The position numbers and the translations under genes were made by a program. A DNA stretch of 38,528 nucleotides from an uncultured Prevotella sp. Its GTDB lineage: Bacteria; Bacteroidota; Bacteroidia; Bacteroidales; Bacteroidaceae. A model generated the notes under the pieces. That model saw only the letters and a program-made list of their open reading frames with translations, ran no database searches and was not told where the DNA came from. The stretch lies in assembly GCA_946055365.1 (NCBI GenBank), contig CAMGFM010000001.1, forward strand, positions 1 to 38,528, given 5' to 3'. This document shows, in pieces, positions 21,176 to 29,370 of the stretch (position 1 is the stretch's first letter; each line of letters begins with the position of its first letter).

Positions 21176-22327
21176 TTACTTTTCTATCTTTTTCTTGTAG
21201 CACTTGCGCCGTTTATGCACCTCTCTTTGCAGCTCTCCCCACTGTCCCTGCACACTACTGTTGCTCTCAAGCTCCACATGCGTCTCGCCCCACTCAAAGC
21301 CATACTTCTGGTAGCGCGGTATGAGGTCGGCAAAGAGCAGCGCGTTGGCGCCCTTGTTGCGATATTCGGGCAACACGCCCACAAGCAGCAGGTCCACAAT
21401 CTTGGTTTTGTGACGCTTGAGCGCGTTCATCACGTGCATCCAGCCAAACGGCAAGAGCCTGCCCTTTCTACACTTCTGCAAAGCGCGTGCCAAAGACGGC
21501 ACGGTGATGCCCACGCCCACAAGACGGTTGTCTGCGCCCGCGTCCTCTATGCACGTTATGAGCGAGAGGTCGGCCATGGGAAAATACATATTTATATATT
21601 GGTCTATCTGACGGTCGGTCAGCGTGGAGTAACCATAGAGATGAGAGTAGGTGGCATTGACAAGCTCAAATATCTTTTTGCCATATCCGCCCTCAAAAAC
21701 GTCCTTGCGCGTGAGCTTCTTCACTCTCAGGTTGTAGCGTCGCTGTATCATGGATGCCACCTTGGCGTACTTTTCAGGCACGGTGTCTGGCACATAGAGC
21801 TTGTATTCCAGATAACGCGAGTCTACGGCCCACCCTTCCATGCTCTCGATGTGCTGTGGATAGTAGGGAAAGTTGTAGATGGTGGCCATGGTGCCGAGCT
21901 GGTCAAAGCCCTCAGTGAGCATTCCCTCGGGGTCAAGGTCGGTAAAACCGAGCGGACCGACGACTTCTTCCATGCCCATGTCGTGCCCATAGTCTTCCAC
22001 AGCCTTGAGCAGGGCCGCCGACACCTCACGGTCGTCTATGAAATCAATCCATCCGAAGCGCACCGACTTGCGCCCCCACTTGGTGTTGGCACTGTTGTTG
22101 ATGATGGCTGCCACACGCCCCACTATCCTGCCGTCCTTATAGGCAAGGAAATACTCTGCGTCGCAGAAGTCAAAAGCCGCGTTGCGATCCTTGCTGAGGG
22201 TGTTAAGCTCATCCGAATACATGTTTGGCACATCGTATTCGTTGCCCTTGTAAAGGTCATAATGAAAGTCGATAAACCTGCGGAGGTCTCCGCGCGACTG
22301 CACTTTTCTAATTTCTATTGCTGACAT
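21176..22327 (-). CDS. GNAT-family N-acetyltransferase-like protein (YghO-like)
   Basis: IVGRVAAIIN, RFGWIDFIDD, GPLGFTDLDPEGML, VGVLPEYRNKGANALL acetyl-CoA loop. Start trimmed to MSAIEI at 22327. Confidence 0.8.
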   Translation of the reverse strand: MSAIEIRKVQSRGDLRRFIDFHYDLYKGNEYDVPNMYSDELNTLSKDRNAAFDFCDAEYFLAYKDGRIVGRVAAIINNSANTKWGRKSVRFGWIDFIDDREVSAALLKAVEDYGHDMGMEEVVGPLGFTDLDPEGMLTEGFDQLGTMATIYNFPYYPQHIESMEGWAVDSRYLEYKLYVPDTVPEKYAKVASMIQRRYNLRVKKLTRKDVFEGGYGKKIFELVNATYSHLYGYSTLTDRQIDQYINMYFPMADLSLITCIEDAGADNRLVGVGITVPSLARALQKCRKGRLLPFGWMHVMNALKRHKTKIVDLLLVGVLPEYRNKGANALLFADLIPRYQKYGFEWGETHVELESNSSVQGQWGELQREVHKRRKCYKKKIEK

Positions 22328-22474
22328 TTGCTTGTTGTTTTTCTTTTCATGCGCCCTATTCCATTCCATGTGGCCGCAAGGCACTACGGACACGGCTCCC
22401 GCCGCACAGACAGCCCCATGCAAGAATTGCAGTGCCAAGGCGGCGTGCCGAAAAGGGGGAATAAGGAGCAGATG

Positions 22475-22596
22475 CAAAAATAAACAAATTTCGCCAAATA
22501 AACATGCCTGCGCCTTATTATTTATGCTTCATTAAAGATAAATCTGTCTTTTTTCTTAAAAATGCTTGCACATATCGTTTGCAATTTATATCTTTG
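22475..22596. promoter_or_regulatory. Divergent -7 promoter elements for the GNAT-parE-S41 run (-) and the secreted protein (+)
   Basis: TATTTTTG on - strand at 22475-22482; TATCTTTG on + strand at 22589-22596. Confidence 0.6.
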
Positions 22597-22724
22597 CTCT
22601 TACAAAACAACATTATTACCCACAAACACCATACAGAAAGAAAGGGAAACAAGCGTCAGACAGCACAAACAGACACACCCCGAAACATGAAAGTAACATT
22701 AGGAAACCACTAAAAAGGAAGATT

Positions 22725-24446
22725 ATGAACAAATTTTACGCTTCAATCGTTGCAATCATGATGACTGCAATGTCATTTGCACAGTCACCCATAGCAAGAA
22801 CGGGCATGCAGCCGGCAAGGACGGGGTTGTCTGCCATTGCCAAACACAGCAATACTGATGTCATGCGCACTCCGCTCACAGGCATAAGCCTCACCACGAC
22901 ACCCATGAAGAAGGCTCCTGCCATAGCCAAGGACAAGGAATACGTCAACGACCCCATCATCACCGACACCCCCGACGGCACTCTCTACGCCGACCAATAC
23001 TGCACGGGCAAGGGCTACTACGCCTTCTGGGGATATGTCTATGAAGATGAAGCCGACGGAGACGTGGCCGCCTACGTCATAAACGGCGAGGACATATACA
23101 TATTCCAGCCCATGTGCATGCTCTATCTCGACACCTGGATAAAGGGAAAGATAGACACCGAGGGCAACGTGACGGTAGACCTGCCGCAAAAGGTGTATAT
23201 GGAAGAGGTAACCGACGACTATGGCGAGCCGACGGGCGAGATATATGAATACTATCTGTGGAGAATGGTGCCAAACGAAAGCACGGAGCTGTACGACCCC
23301 GACGAGACAAGCCAGCAGATACACTACACGCTCAAGGACGGCGTGCTGACAAGGACTGACGAGAACATTCTCGTGGGACTCTGCGACGAGGACGGACAGT
23401 GGACTGGCTACGGCGACTATGAATACACGCTCACCACACCCGACGCGCTCACCGCTACTCCTGCCACCTACAATCCCGACGAGGACTACATGCTGGTCTA
23501 TGGCGAGGAAGGCGCAAGGAACATGATGAAAGTGAAAGTGGCTGTGGACGGCAACGACGTCTACCTCGGCGGACTCACCGAGACCGACAACGTGACATGG
23601 GCAAAGGGCTCTGTGGTGGACGGCGACAAGGTGGTGTTCAGCGGCAAGAGCTATCTCGGACTGTCAGCCGACGGCAGATACCACGCCTATCTCACGCCCG
23701 CAAGCGTGTCGCAGGAATATGACCCCGATAATGACCATACGTTTGACGTGGTGAACTTTGAAGATGAAATCACATTCGCCTACGACGCGGCCAACAAGAC
23801 GCTCGTGTCTGACGGCACGCTGTCCATAAACTACGGCAAGAACATATCCGCGAGCCAGCAACTCTTCGTGCAGCCGGCAGTAAGCCCGTTAAAGGAAGTG
23901 GCGGCAGCACCTATAGACCCTGACGTGATAGACTACGCAGACTACTTCGCCGACTACGACTACGGCGGCATGGCCGTGCAGATATTCACCGAGGATGCCG
24001 ACGGCAATATCCTCAACCCCGACAACATCTATTATAACATCTTCATAGACGGCGAAAAAGTCACGTTTACCAATGATCTCTACACGTCCGTAGAGGAAGA
24101 CATGACTGACGTGCCGCTCGGATTTGTGGACGGATGGGACTTTAACGACAACAACGGCAGCAGCAACATAAGAATAATTTACTTCTACCAGCAGCCACAA
24201 AGCACCGTGGGCGTGCAGTCTTTGTATAAGGACGGCGACAATGTCTACAAGTCAAATATCGTAACCTACGACATAGCGTCTGGCACCGGCATAAACGGCA
24301 CCGCCGTCTATGGCAAAGAGGCCGCCACAGTGACCTATTATGACATGCTCGGAAGGAAGACCAACGCTCCAACACACGGCGTATATGTCAAGAAGGTGAC
24401 CTATTCTGACGGAAGCACTACAACCTCTAAGGCTGTGATGAGGTAA
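22725..24446 (+). CDS. Secreted acidic hypothetical protein with T9SS-like C-terminal sorting domain
   Basis: Signal peptide MNKFYASIVAIMMTAMSFAQ; D/E/Y/T-rich body; C-terminus TGING...YYDMLGRK...GVYV...KAVMR. Confidence 0.8.
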   Translation: MNKFYASIVAIMMTAMSFAQSPIARTGMQPARTGLSAIAKHSNTDVMRTPLTGISLTTTPMKKAPAIAKDKEYVNDPIITDTPDGTLYADQYCTGKGYYAFWGYVYEDEADGDVAAYVINGEDIYIFQPMCMLYLDTWIKGKIDTEGNVTVDLPQKVYMEEVTDDYGEPTGEIYEYYLWRMVPNESTELYDPDETSQQIHYTLKDGVLTRTDENILVGLCDEDGQWTGYGDYEYTLTTPDALTATPATYNPDEDYMLVYGEEGARNMMKVKVAVDGNDVYLGGLTETDNVTWAKGSVVDGDKVVFSGKSYLGLSADGRYHAYLTPASVSQEYDPDNDHTFDVVNFEDEITFAYDAANKTLVSDGTLSINYGKNISASQQLFVQPAVSPLKEVAAAPIDPDVIDYADYFADYDYGGMAVQIFTEDADGNILNPDNIYYNIFIDGEKVTFTNDLYTSVEEDMTDVPLGFVDGWDFNDNNGSSNIRIIYFYQQPQSTVGVQSLYKDGDNVYKSNIVTYDIASGTGINGTAVYGKEAATVTYYDMLGRKTNAPTHGVYVKKVTYSDGSTTTSKAVMR

Positions 24447-24522
24447 GGCAGGGTGTAAATATCCTCACAGACCATACTTTTCTCTCATATAATACTATGC
24501 CACTCTGCATAGTGTGTATCAC

Positions 24523-24561
24523 ACGAGGGTGTGCCGCTTGTGGCACACCCTCGTTTTGTTT
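24523..24561 (+). terminator. Intrinsic terminator after the secreted-protein gene
   Basis: ACGAGGGTGTGCC-GCTTGT-GGCACACCCTCGT followed by TTTGTTT. Confidence 0.8.
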
Positions 24562-24651
24562 CCCAAAAAAGGCTGTCATCATGCTGACAAGCAGCCGCCA
24601 CGTGACGGCAATATGGCCTTTCGACATTTATAAGCGGATTTTCATTATTGG

Positions 24652-24793
24652 CAAGTGACACTTGGTGATTGCAAAGCGGCACTTTGATGATTGCCAAGAG
24701 GCACTTGGTGATTGCCAAGTGGCACTTTGGTGATTAGCAAGAGGCACTTGATGATTGCCAAGTGGCACCTTGGTGATTGCCAAGTGGCACTGA
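24652..24793. repeat. Palindrome array 5: tandem repeat of 7 units, alternating 21/22-bp period
   Basis: Units at 24652, 24673, 24695, 24716, 24738, 24759, 24781; unit approximately CAAG[T/A]GGCACTT(T)G[G/A]TGATTGC; two more degenerate units at 24610 and 24631. Confidence 0.97.
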
Positions 24794-24877
24794 AAAGCCC
24801 CGCTTTTTCAGTTCTTGCTCTCTGGACCGCACATTTTATTTTATGCAAAAACAACATGTGTTACAGAAAGGCTGGTG

Positions 24878-26167
24878 TCACGGCACTCTGCCGCACACCA
24901 GCAACACATGAGAGCCTGCGGCTGTGGTGGTGGCGAATATATAGGTGTCGCCACCGTCCTTTAGCCTCAGCCTCCTGCGCAGTTCCTCAGCTCTCAGGGG
25001 AAAGTTGCGCACGGTGATGTTGGCTCTTTCCACGCCGGCAAGGGCGGCCCTGAGCAAACGGCGGTTCATGGTGGCGACAGCCCTGACGCTCATCACGCGC
25101 CCCGGGAAGCCCTCTGCACGTGTGAGCGAAAGGAAAAGGTGACTGTTAGGGCTTACCGCCGACACGCCAAACGACATTGACAGCTCGTCAAAACAGCCTG
25201 CCTTCATGACCGTGGCGTTGGGTTCGCACAGATAGAGAGGCGTGTCAAGCTCTCCAGCGTCAAGCACATCGTCAAGAGAAGGGCAAGGCTGCGCAGGCAC
25301 GGCCGCCTCCACGCGCGCGCCGTCAGGACAATGACTGAAGGCATAGACGCTGCGGCTGCCCGTGGAGCGTCTTATGTCCACACAGTTTACCTCCACACAG
25401 CCGTCAAGAGAGGGCTTGCGGGCAAGCACAAAGAGCAGTTCCTTGCACTCACCGTCCACCGCCACGATGTGCAGCTGCGTCACGGTGTGGCGCAGGTCGC
25501 ACAACGCCTTGTGCCAGTCGAGCATGGGCGAGAGCTTCAGCACCACAAAGAGCGAGCGGGCCAAAAGCTCGTCAAGCAGAAGTGTCACGTCGGGAGAGCA
25601 GTCGCCAATGGCGTAGGTGCGCGCGCCGCTGCTGTCACGCCGCGCAGGGTCCATATAGACCACCGTCGTGGCTTCCATGCTACGCAGCACGCTCTCCGCG
25701 TCAGAGTGTGTGACGGTCACGTTGTCCCTGCCGAGGCACCGCATGTTGTGGGCAGCCATCTCACACAACGCCCCGTCGCGCTCCACATATACAGCACGGT
25801 CAAAGAGCGGGGCGAGAAAGGAGAAGTCCACGCCAAAGCCGCCCGTCAGGTCTGTAAGAGAGGTCTCGCGCGACAGTGACACATCGCCGCCGCCCTCACC
25901 GCCGCCCAATGACGACAGCAGGCGCGACACTACCACGGCCTTATAGGCGGCAGCCGCCTCCGACGAGCATTGCTCCATGGAGACGCGGGGCGGATAGACA
26001 ATGCCGTCGACAGCCGCCCACGACGGCAGCTTGTCACGCGCTGCCTGCCAGCCAGCTATCTGGTCGAGGGCGTATGGCATGTTGACCTCGGGATAACGCC
26101 CCGACAGCAGGGCAAGGCCGCGCGGGTCGTCGAGCCTGTGCCGCAGTATAAACTGTGTTATGTCCAT
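24878..26167 (-). CDS. Class I SAM-dependent methyltransferase with THUMP-like C-terminal domain
   Basis: KLPSW, SMEQCSSE, DLTGGFGVD (SAM-binding), YMDPARR, LKLSPMLD, NITVRNFP...LKDGGD. Confidence 0.88.
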   Translation of the reverse strand: MDITQFILRHRLDDPRGLALLSGRYPEVNMPYALDQIAGWQAARDKLPSWAAVDGIVYPPRVSMEQCSSEAAAAYKAVVVSRLLSSLGGGEGGGDVSLSRETSLTDLTGGFGVDFSFLAPLFDRAVYVERDGALCEMAAHNMRCLGRDNVTVTHSDAESVLRSMEATTVVYMDPARRDSSGARTYAIGDCSPDVTLLLDELLARSLFVVLKLSPMLDWHKALCDLRHTVTQLHIVAVDGECKELLFVLARKPSLDGCVEVNCVDIRRSTGSRSVYAFSHCPDGARVEAAVPAQPCPSLDDVLDAGELDTPLYLCEPNATVMKAGCFDELSMSFGVSAVSPNSHLFLSLTRAEGFPGRVMSVRAVATMNRRLLRAALAGVERANITVRNFPLRAEELRRRLRLKDGGDTYIFATTTAAGSHVLLVCGRVP

Positions 26168-26229
26168 TTTTTTTATATTTGTGTCACTGTTCTTTTATAA
26201 AGGAAATGTGTATTGTGATGTCCTGCCTG

Positions 26230-26237
26230 CAAAATTA
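26230..26237 (-). promoter_or_regulatory. -7 promoter element for the THUMP-like methyltransferase
   Basis: TAATTTTG followed by CA on - strand, about 60 bp before the start. Confidence 0.55.
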
Positions 26238-26632
26238 CTAATTTATCCTGCATCGGCAGGCATACGAAAGCAGTTTTATATACACACCCACCACCCGTTT
26301 TCCGCAAACATGTGTAAACTTTTATCCCAAATCGGTCATTAGGACGTTATGATGATAACGACTTCTATTTTTGAACAGATGTTTTTCTGTCTTGAGGGCG
26401 CAATGGGGTTTCATTGTAACCGAAAAACGGGAAAATAGATGCCAAAAAGAATGTTTGTTTGCGCTTAACGTGCTAATGACCGTTTTGGGTTTATGCACGC
26501 CAACGCCTGCATGCCACACTCAAAGGGCAGGGCAAATAGTCCTGCAAAGGGTGTAAAGTGGTCAATTTGTAAGCTATCAGAAATTTATTGCACAAATTTA
26601 GCCGATTTGAGAAAATAAAAACCCTCTTTTCC

Positions 26633-26663
26633 TTTGTAGTTTCCTTAACTTAATATATCTTTG
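26633..26663 (+). promoter_or_regulatory. Full Bacteroidota sigma-A promoter for ptb-buk
   Basis: TTTG(26633)-N19-TATCTTTG(26656) matches the -33/-7 consensus. Confidence 0.75.
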
Positions 26664-26936
26664 CAGCAGTTTGCACAAACGAACAAAATTTGAGCAATAC
26701 GAAACATATCAAACCTAAAACATCCCTATGCAGGCAACGCCTGCCATGGTAAGCTCCCAGAAAGGGAGACATACAGAAAAAACATTAACAAAGAGCCGTC
26801 TCACACACGGGCTTACGGCCAGAGCCAGGCACTGACACGACAACGCCAAGGCCGCATACACACCGCACGACCTCTGGATTTGAGGGTGAGAAAGTGGCGC
26901 ATGAACAACGAACACCAAACAATTTTTCTATTAACA

Positions 26937-27863
26937 ATGACTATGGAACCCATCGTAAATTTCAAGTCCCTGCCTGAACGCCTGCGCAAGGCCGGCAGAA
27001 AGGTGACAGTAGCCGTAGCCTGCCCCGCTGACTCGCACACCGAGGAAGTGATAGAGCGCAGCATCAAGGAGGATTTTGCCACGTTCACACTCGTGGCGGT
27101 GAACGGCAAACGGGAAGTGAGCGAAAGGCTCGCCGCACTCTACCCCTCACACGTGAGCATCATCAATGCCGACGACGATGACGACGCGGCACGAAAGGCC
27201 GTGGCTGAGGTGAAAGAAGGCAACGCCAAGGTGCTTATGAAGGGTACTATAAACACGGACAACCTGCTTCGGGCCGTGCTGAACAAGGAGACAGGCATAC
27301 TCGTTAAGGGCAGCGTGCTTACACACATAGCCGTGGCAGACGTGCCGTCACTCGACAGACTGCTGTTCTTCACCGATGCGGCCGTGATACCCTACCCCAC
27401 AACCGAGCAGTTTGACGCTCAGGCAGGCTATATCATCGACACCTTCCGCAGCGTGACGGGCATGGAGAGGCCCAAAGTGGCACTCACCCACTGCACGGAA
27501 AAGGTCAGCGAGAAGTTTCCGCTCACTCTGAGCTACGTCACACTCAAGGAACACGCGGCAGAGGGCAAGTATGGCGAGGTGGACATGGACGGACCGATGG
27601 ACGTGAAGACCGCTTGCGACGCGGAGAGCGGAGCCATCAAGGGCATAGCGTCGCCCGTGGTGGGCAAGGCAGACATCCTGATATTCCCAGACATCGAGGC
27701 TGGCAACACATTCTACAAGACTGTCACTCTCTTTGCCAAAGCCACGGTGGCAGGTATGCTCGCAGGCACGACGGCACCCGTGGTGGTGACATCCAGGGCT
27801 GACTCTGCCGACTCAAAGTTCTACAGTCTCGCCACGGCATGTATCAAGGCTCTCAACGGATAG
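26937..27863 (+). CDS. ptb: Phosphate butyryltransferase / phosphate acyltransferase
   Basis: LMKGTINTDNLLRAVL, FFTDAAV, DGPMD, ADILIFPDIEAGNTFYK, PVVVTSRADS; adjacent to buk. Start is 26937 or 26943. Confidence 0.92.
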   Translation: MTMEPIVNFKSLPERLRKAGRKVTVAVACPADSHTEEVIERSIKEDFATFTLVAVNGKREVSERLAALYPSHVSIINADDDDDAARKAVAEVKEGNAKVLMKGTINTDNLLRAVLNKETGILVKGSVLTHIAVADVPSLDRLLFFTDAAVIPYPTTEQFDAQAGYIIDTFRSVTGMERPKVALTHCTEKVSEKFPLTLSYVTLKEHAAEGKYGEVDMDGPMDVKTACDAESGAIKGIASPVVGKADILIFPDIEAGNTFYKTVTLFAKATVAGMLAGTTAPVVVTSRADSADSKFYSLATACIKALNG

Positions 27864-28082
27864 TGCAACCACACAATCCCGCAATGGCTCATACATTACC
27901 AGTAAAGACTCATACATTATATATATAATGGCTGCTGAAATCACTATTAATAAAGAAAAGACACAGTATTAGCTTACATGACGACCTTTTCCTGCGCGCC
28001 ACGCACACACGGCAGGGACTTGCCATGATGTGACGTGGCAGGAAAAGGCCACGAACATGACAAAAACTCACACTGAAAAATA

Positions 28083-29144
28083 ATGAAAAGGATTTTCGTT
28101 ATCAACCCGGGATGTACATCCACCAAGGTGGCTGTCTACGAGGACGACAAGGCTGTATGGACATCAGACGGTCTGCACTCTCAAGAGGAGATAGAGCGTT
28201 TTATGACCGTCAACGAACAGTACGAATACCGCAAGGACTTTGTGCTAAACCTGCTCAAGGAGGCTGGCATACCCCTCAAGTTTGATGCCGTAATAGGCAG
28301 AGGCGGACTGCTCAAGCCGCTGAAAGGAGGCGTGTATGCCATCAACGAGCAGATGAAAGAGGACTTGTGGAACGCAAGACACCAGCACGTGTGCAACCTC
28401 GGCTCGCTGATAGCCGACGAGATAGCGCGCCAGTGCCACTGTCCAGCGTTTATGGCAGACCCCGTAGTGGTGGACGAGATGATGACAAGGGCACGCTACA
28501 CTGGCCTGCCGTTCATCAAGCGCGAGTCAATATTCCATGCGCTCAACGCAAAGGCGGTGGCACGCATGCACGCTCACTCCGTGGGCAAGAACTATGAGGA
28601 CATGAACATCGTGGTGGCGCACCTCGGAGGCGGCATCTGCGTGTCTGCCCATCACAAAGGCAAGGTGATAGACGTGAACAACGCCCTCAACGGCGAAGGC
28701 CCGATAGCCCCTGAACGCTCTGGCACGCTGCCTGCCGACCAGCTGGTGAGACTCTGCTTCTCGGGCAAGTACACGCAGGCACAGATAATGAAGATGCTCG
28801 CAGGCTACGGTGGCTGTTACGCACTGCTCGGCATCAAGGACATGAAGGAGATAAGCACACGCGCCGAGCGTGGAGAGGAGCCTTACCACGAGGTGCTTGA
28901 GGCCATGCTCTACACAGTGTCAAAGCAGATAGGCGCAATGGCGGTGGCTCTCTGGGGCAAGGTGGACGCCATAATACTCACGGGCGGCATAGCCTACAGC
29001 AAATACTGCGTGGAGGACATAAAGTCGCAGGTTGGCTTCCTCGCACCCGTGATTGTGATGCCAGGAGAGGGCGAGATGAAGTCGCTTGCCTACAACGCTC
29101 TCGGCGCACTCAACGGCGAGCTGCCCATACAGGAGTATGTATAA
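28083..29144 (+). CDS. buk: Butyrate kinase / branched-chain carboxylate kinase
   Basis: INPGCTSTK, GRGGLLKP, DPVVVDE, FHALN, AHLGGG, GPIAPERSG, LTGGIAY, PGEGEM. Confidence 0.96.
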   Translation: MKRIFVINPGCTSTKVAVYEDDKAVWTSDGLHSQEEIERFMTVNEQYEYRKDFVLNLLKEAGIPLKFDAVIGRGGLLKPLKGGVYAINEQMKEDLWNARHQHVCNLGSLIADEIARQCHCPAFMADPVVVDEMMTRARYTGLPFIKRESIFHALNAKAVARMHAHSVGKNYEDMNIVVAHLGGGICVSAHHKGKVIDVNNALNGEGPIAPERSGTLPADQLVRLCFSGKYTQAQIMKMLAGYGGCYALLGIKDMKEISTRAERGEEPYHEVLEAMLYTVSKQIGAMAVALWGKVDAIILTGGIAYSKYCVEDIKSQVGFLAPVIVMPGEGEMKSLAYNALGALNGELPIQEYV

Positions 29145-29188
29145 TATATAAAAGGTGCATACAGTAAGCACAGACACACACATAAGGA

Positions 29189-29340
29189 CGGCCGGACGGT
29201 ACACTTCCCACAAACATAATCGTGGAATGTACCGTCCGGCCGCCTTTTCGTTTACAGTCCGCGGTCCTTTGGTTTACCGTCCGGCTGTCTTTTTGTTTAC
29301 CGTCTGCCGTCCTTTGGTTTTACTGTCTGCCGCCTTTCGT
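29189..29340. repeat. Second phased repeat: 5 tandem units of 22-23 bp plus one inverted copy
   Basis: TAC[C/A/T]GTC[C/T]G..GC-rich..CTTT..GTT units at 29230, 29253, 29275, 29298, 29321; CGGCCGGACGGTACA (29189-29203) is the reverse complement of 29228-29242. Confidence 0.9.
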
Positions 29341-29370
29341 GACAGAAGGGGGCTTTTTGGCACGGGGATG

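Noticed and set aside
24652-24793. Palindrome arrays as CRISPR or mini-CRISPR
   Set aside because: Repeats of 13 bp and spacers of 8-9 bp are far too short, spacers are often duplicated, and there is no leader or cas gene in the window.
27474-27486. Single AAAGTGGCACTCA inside ptb
   Set aside because: An isolated copy encoding K-V-A-L with no phased neighbours; consistent with chance.
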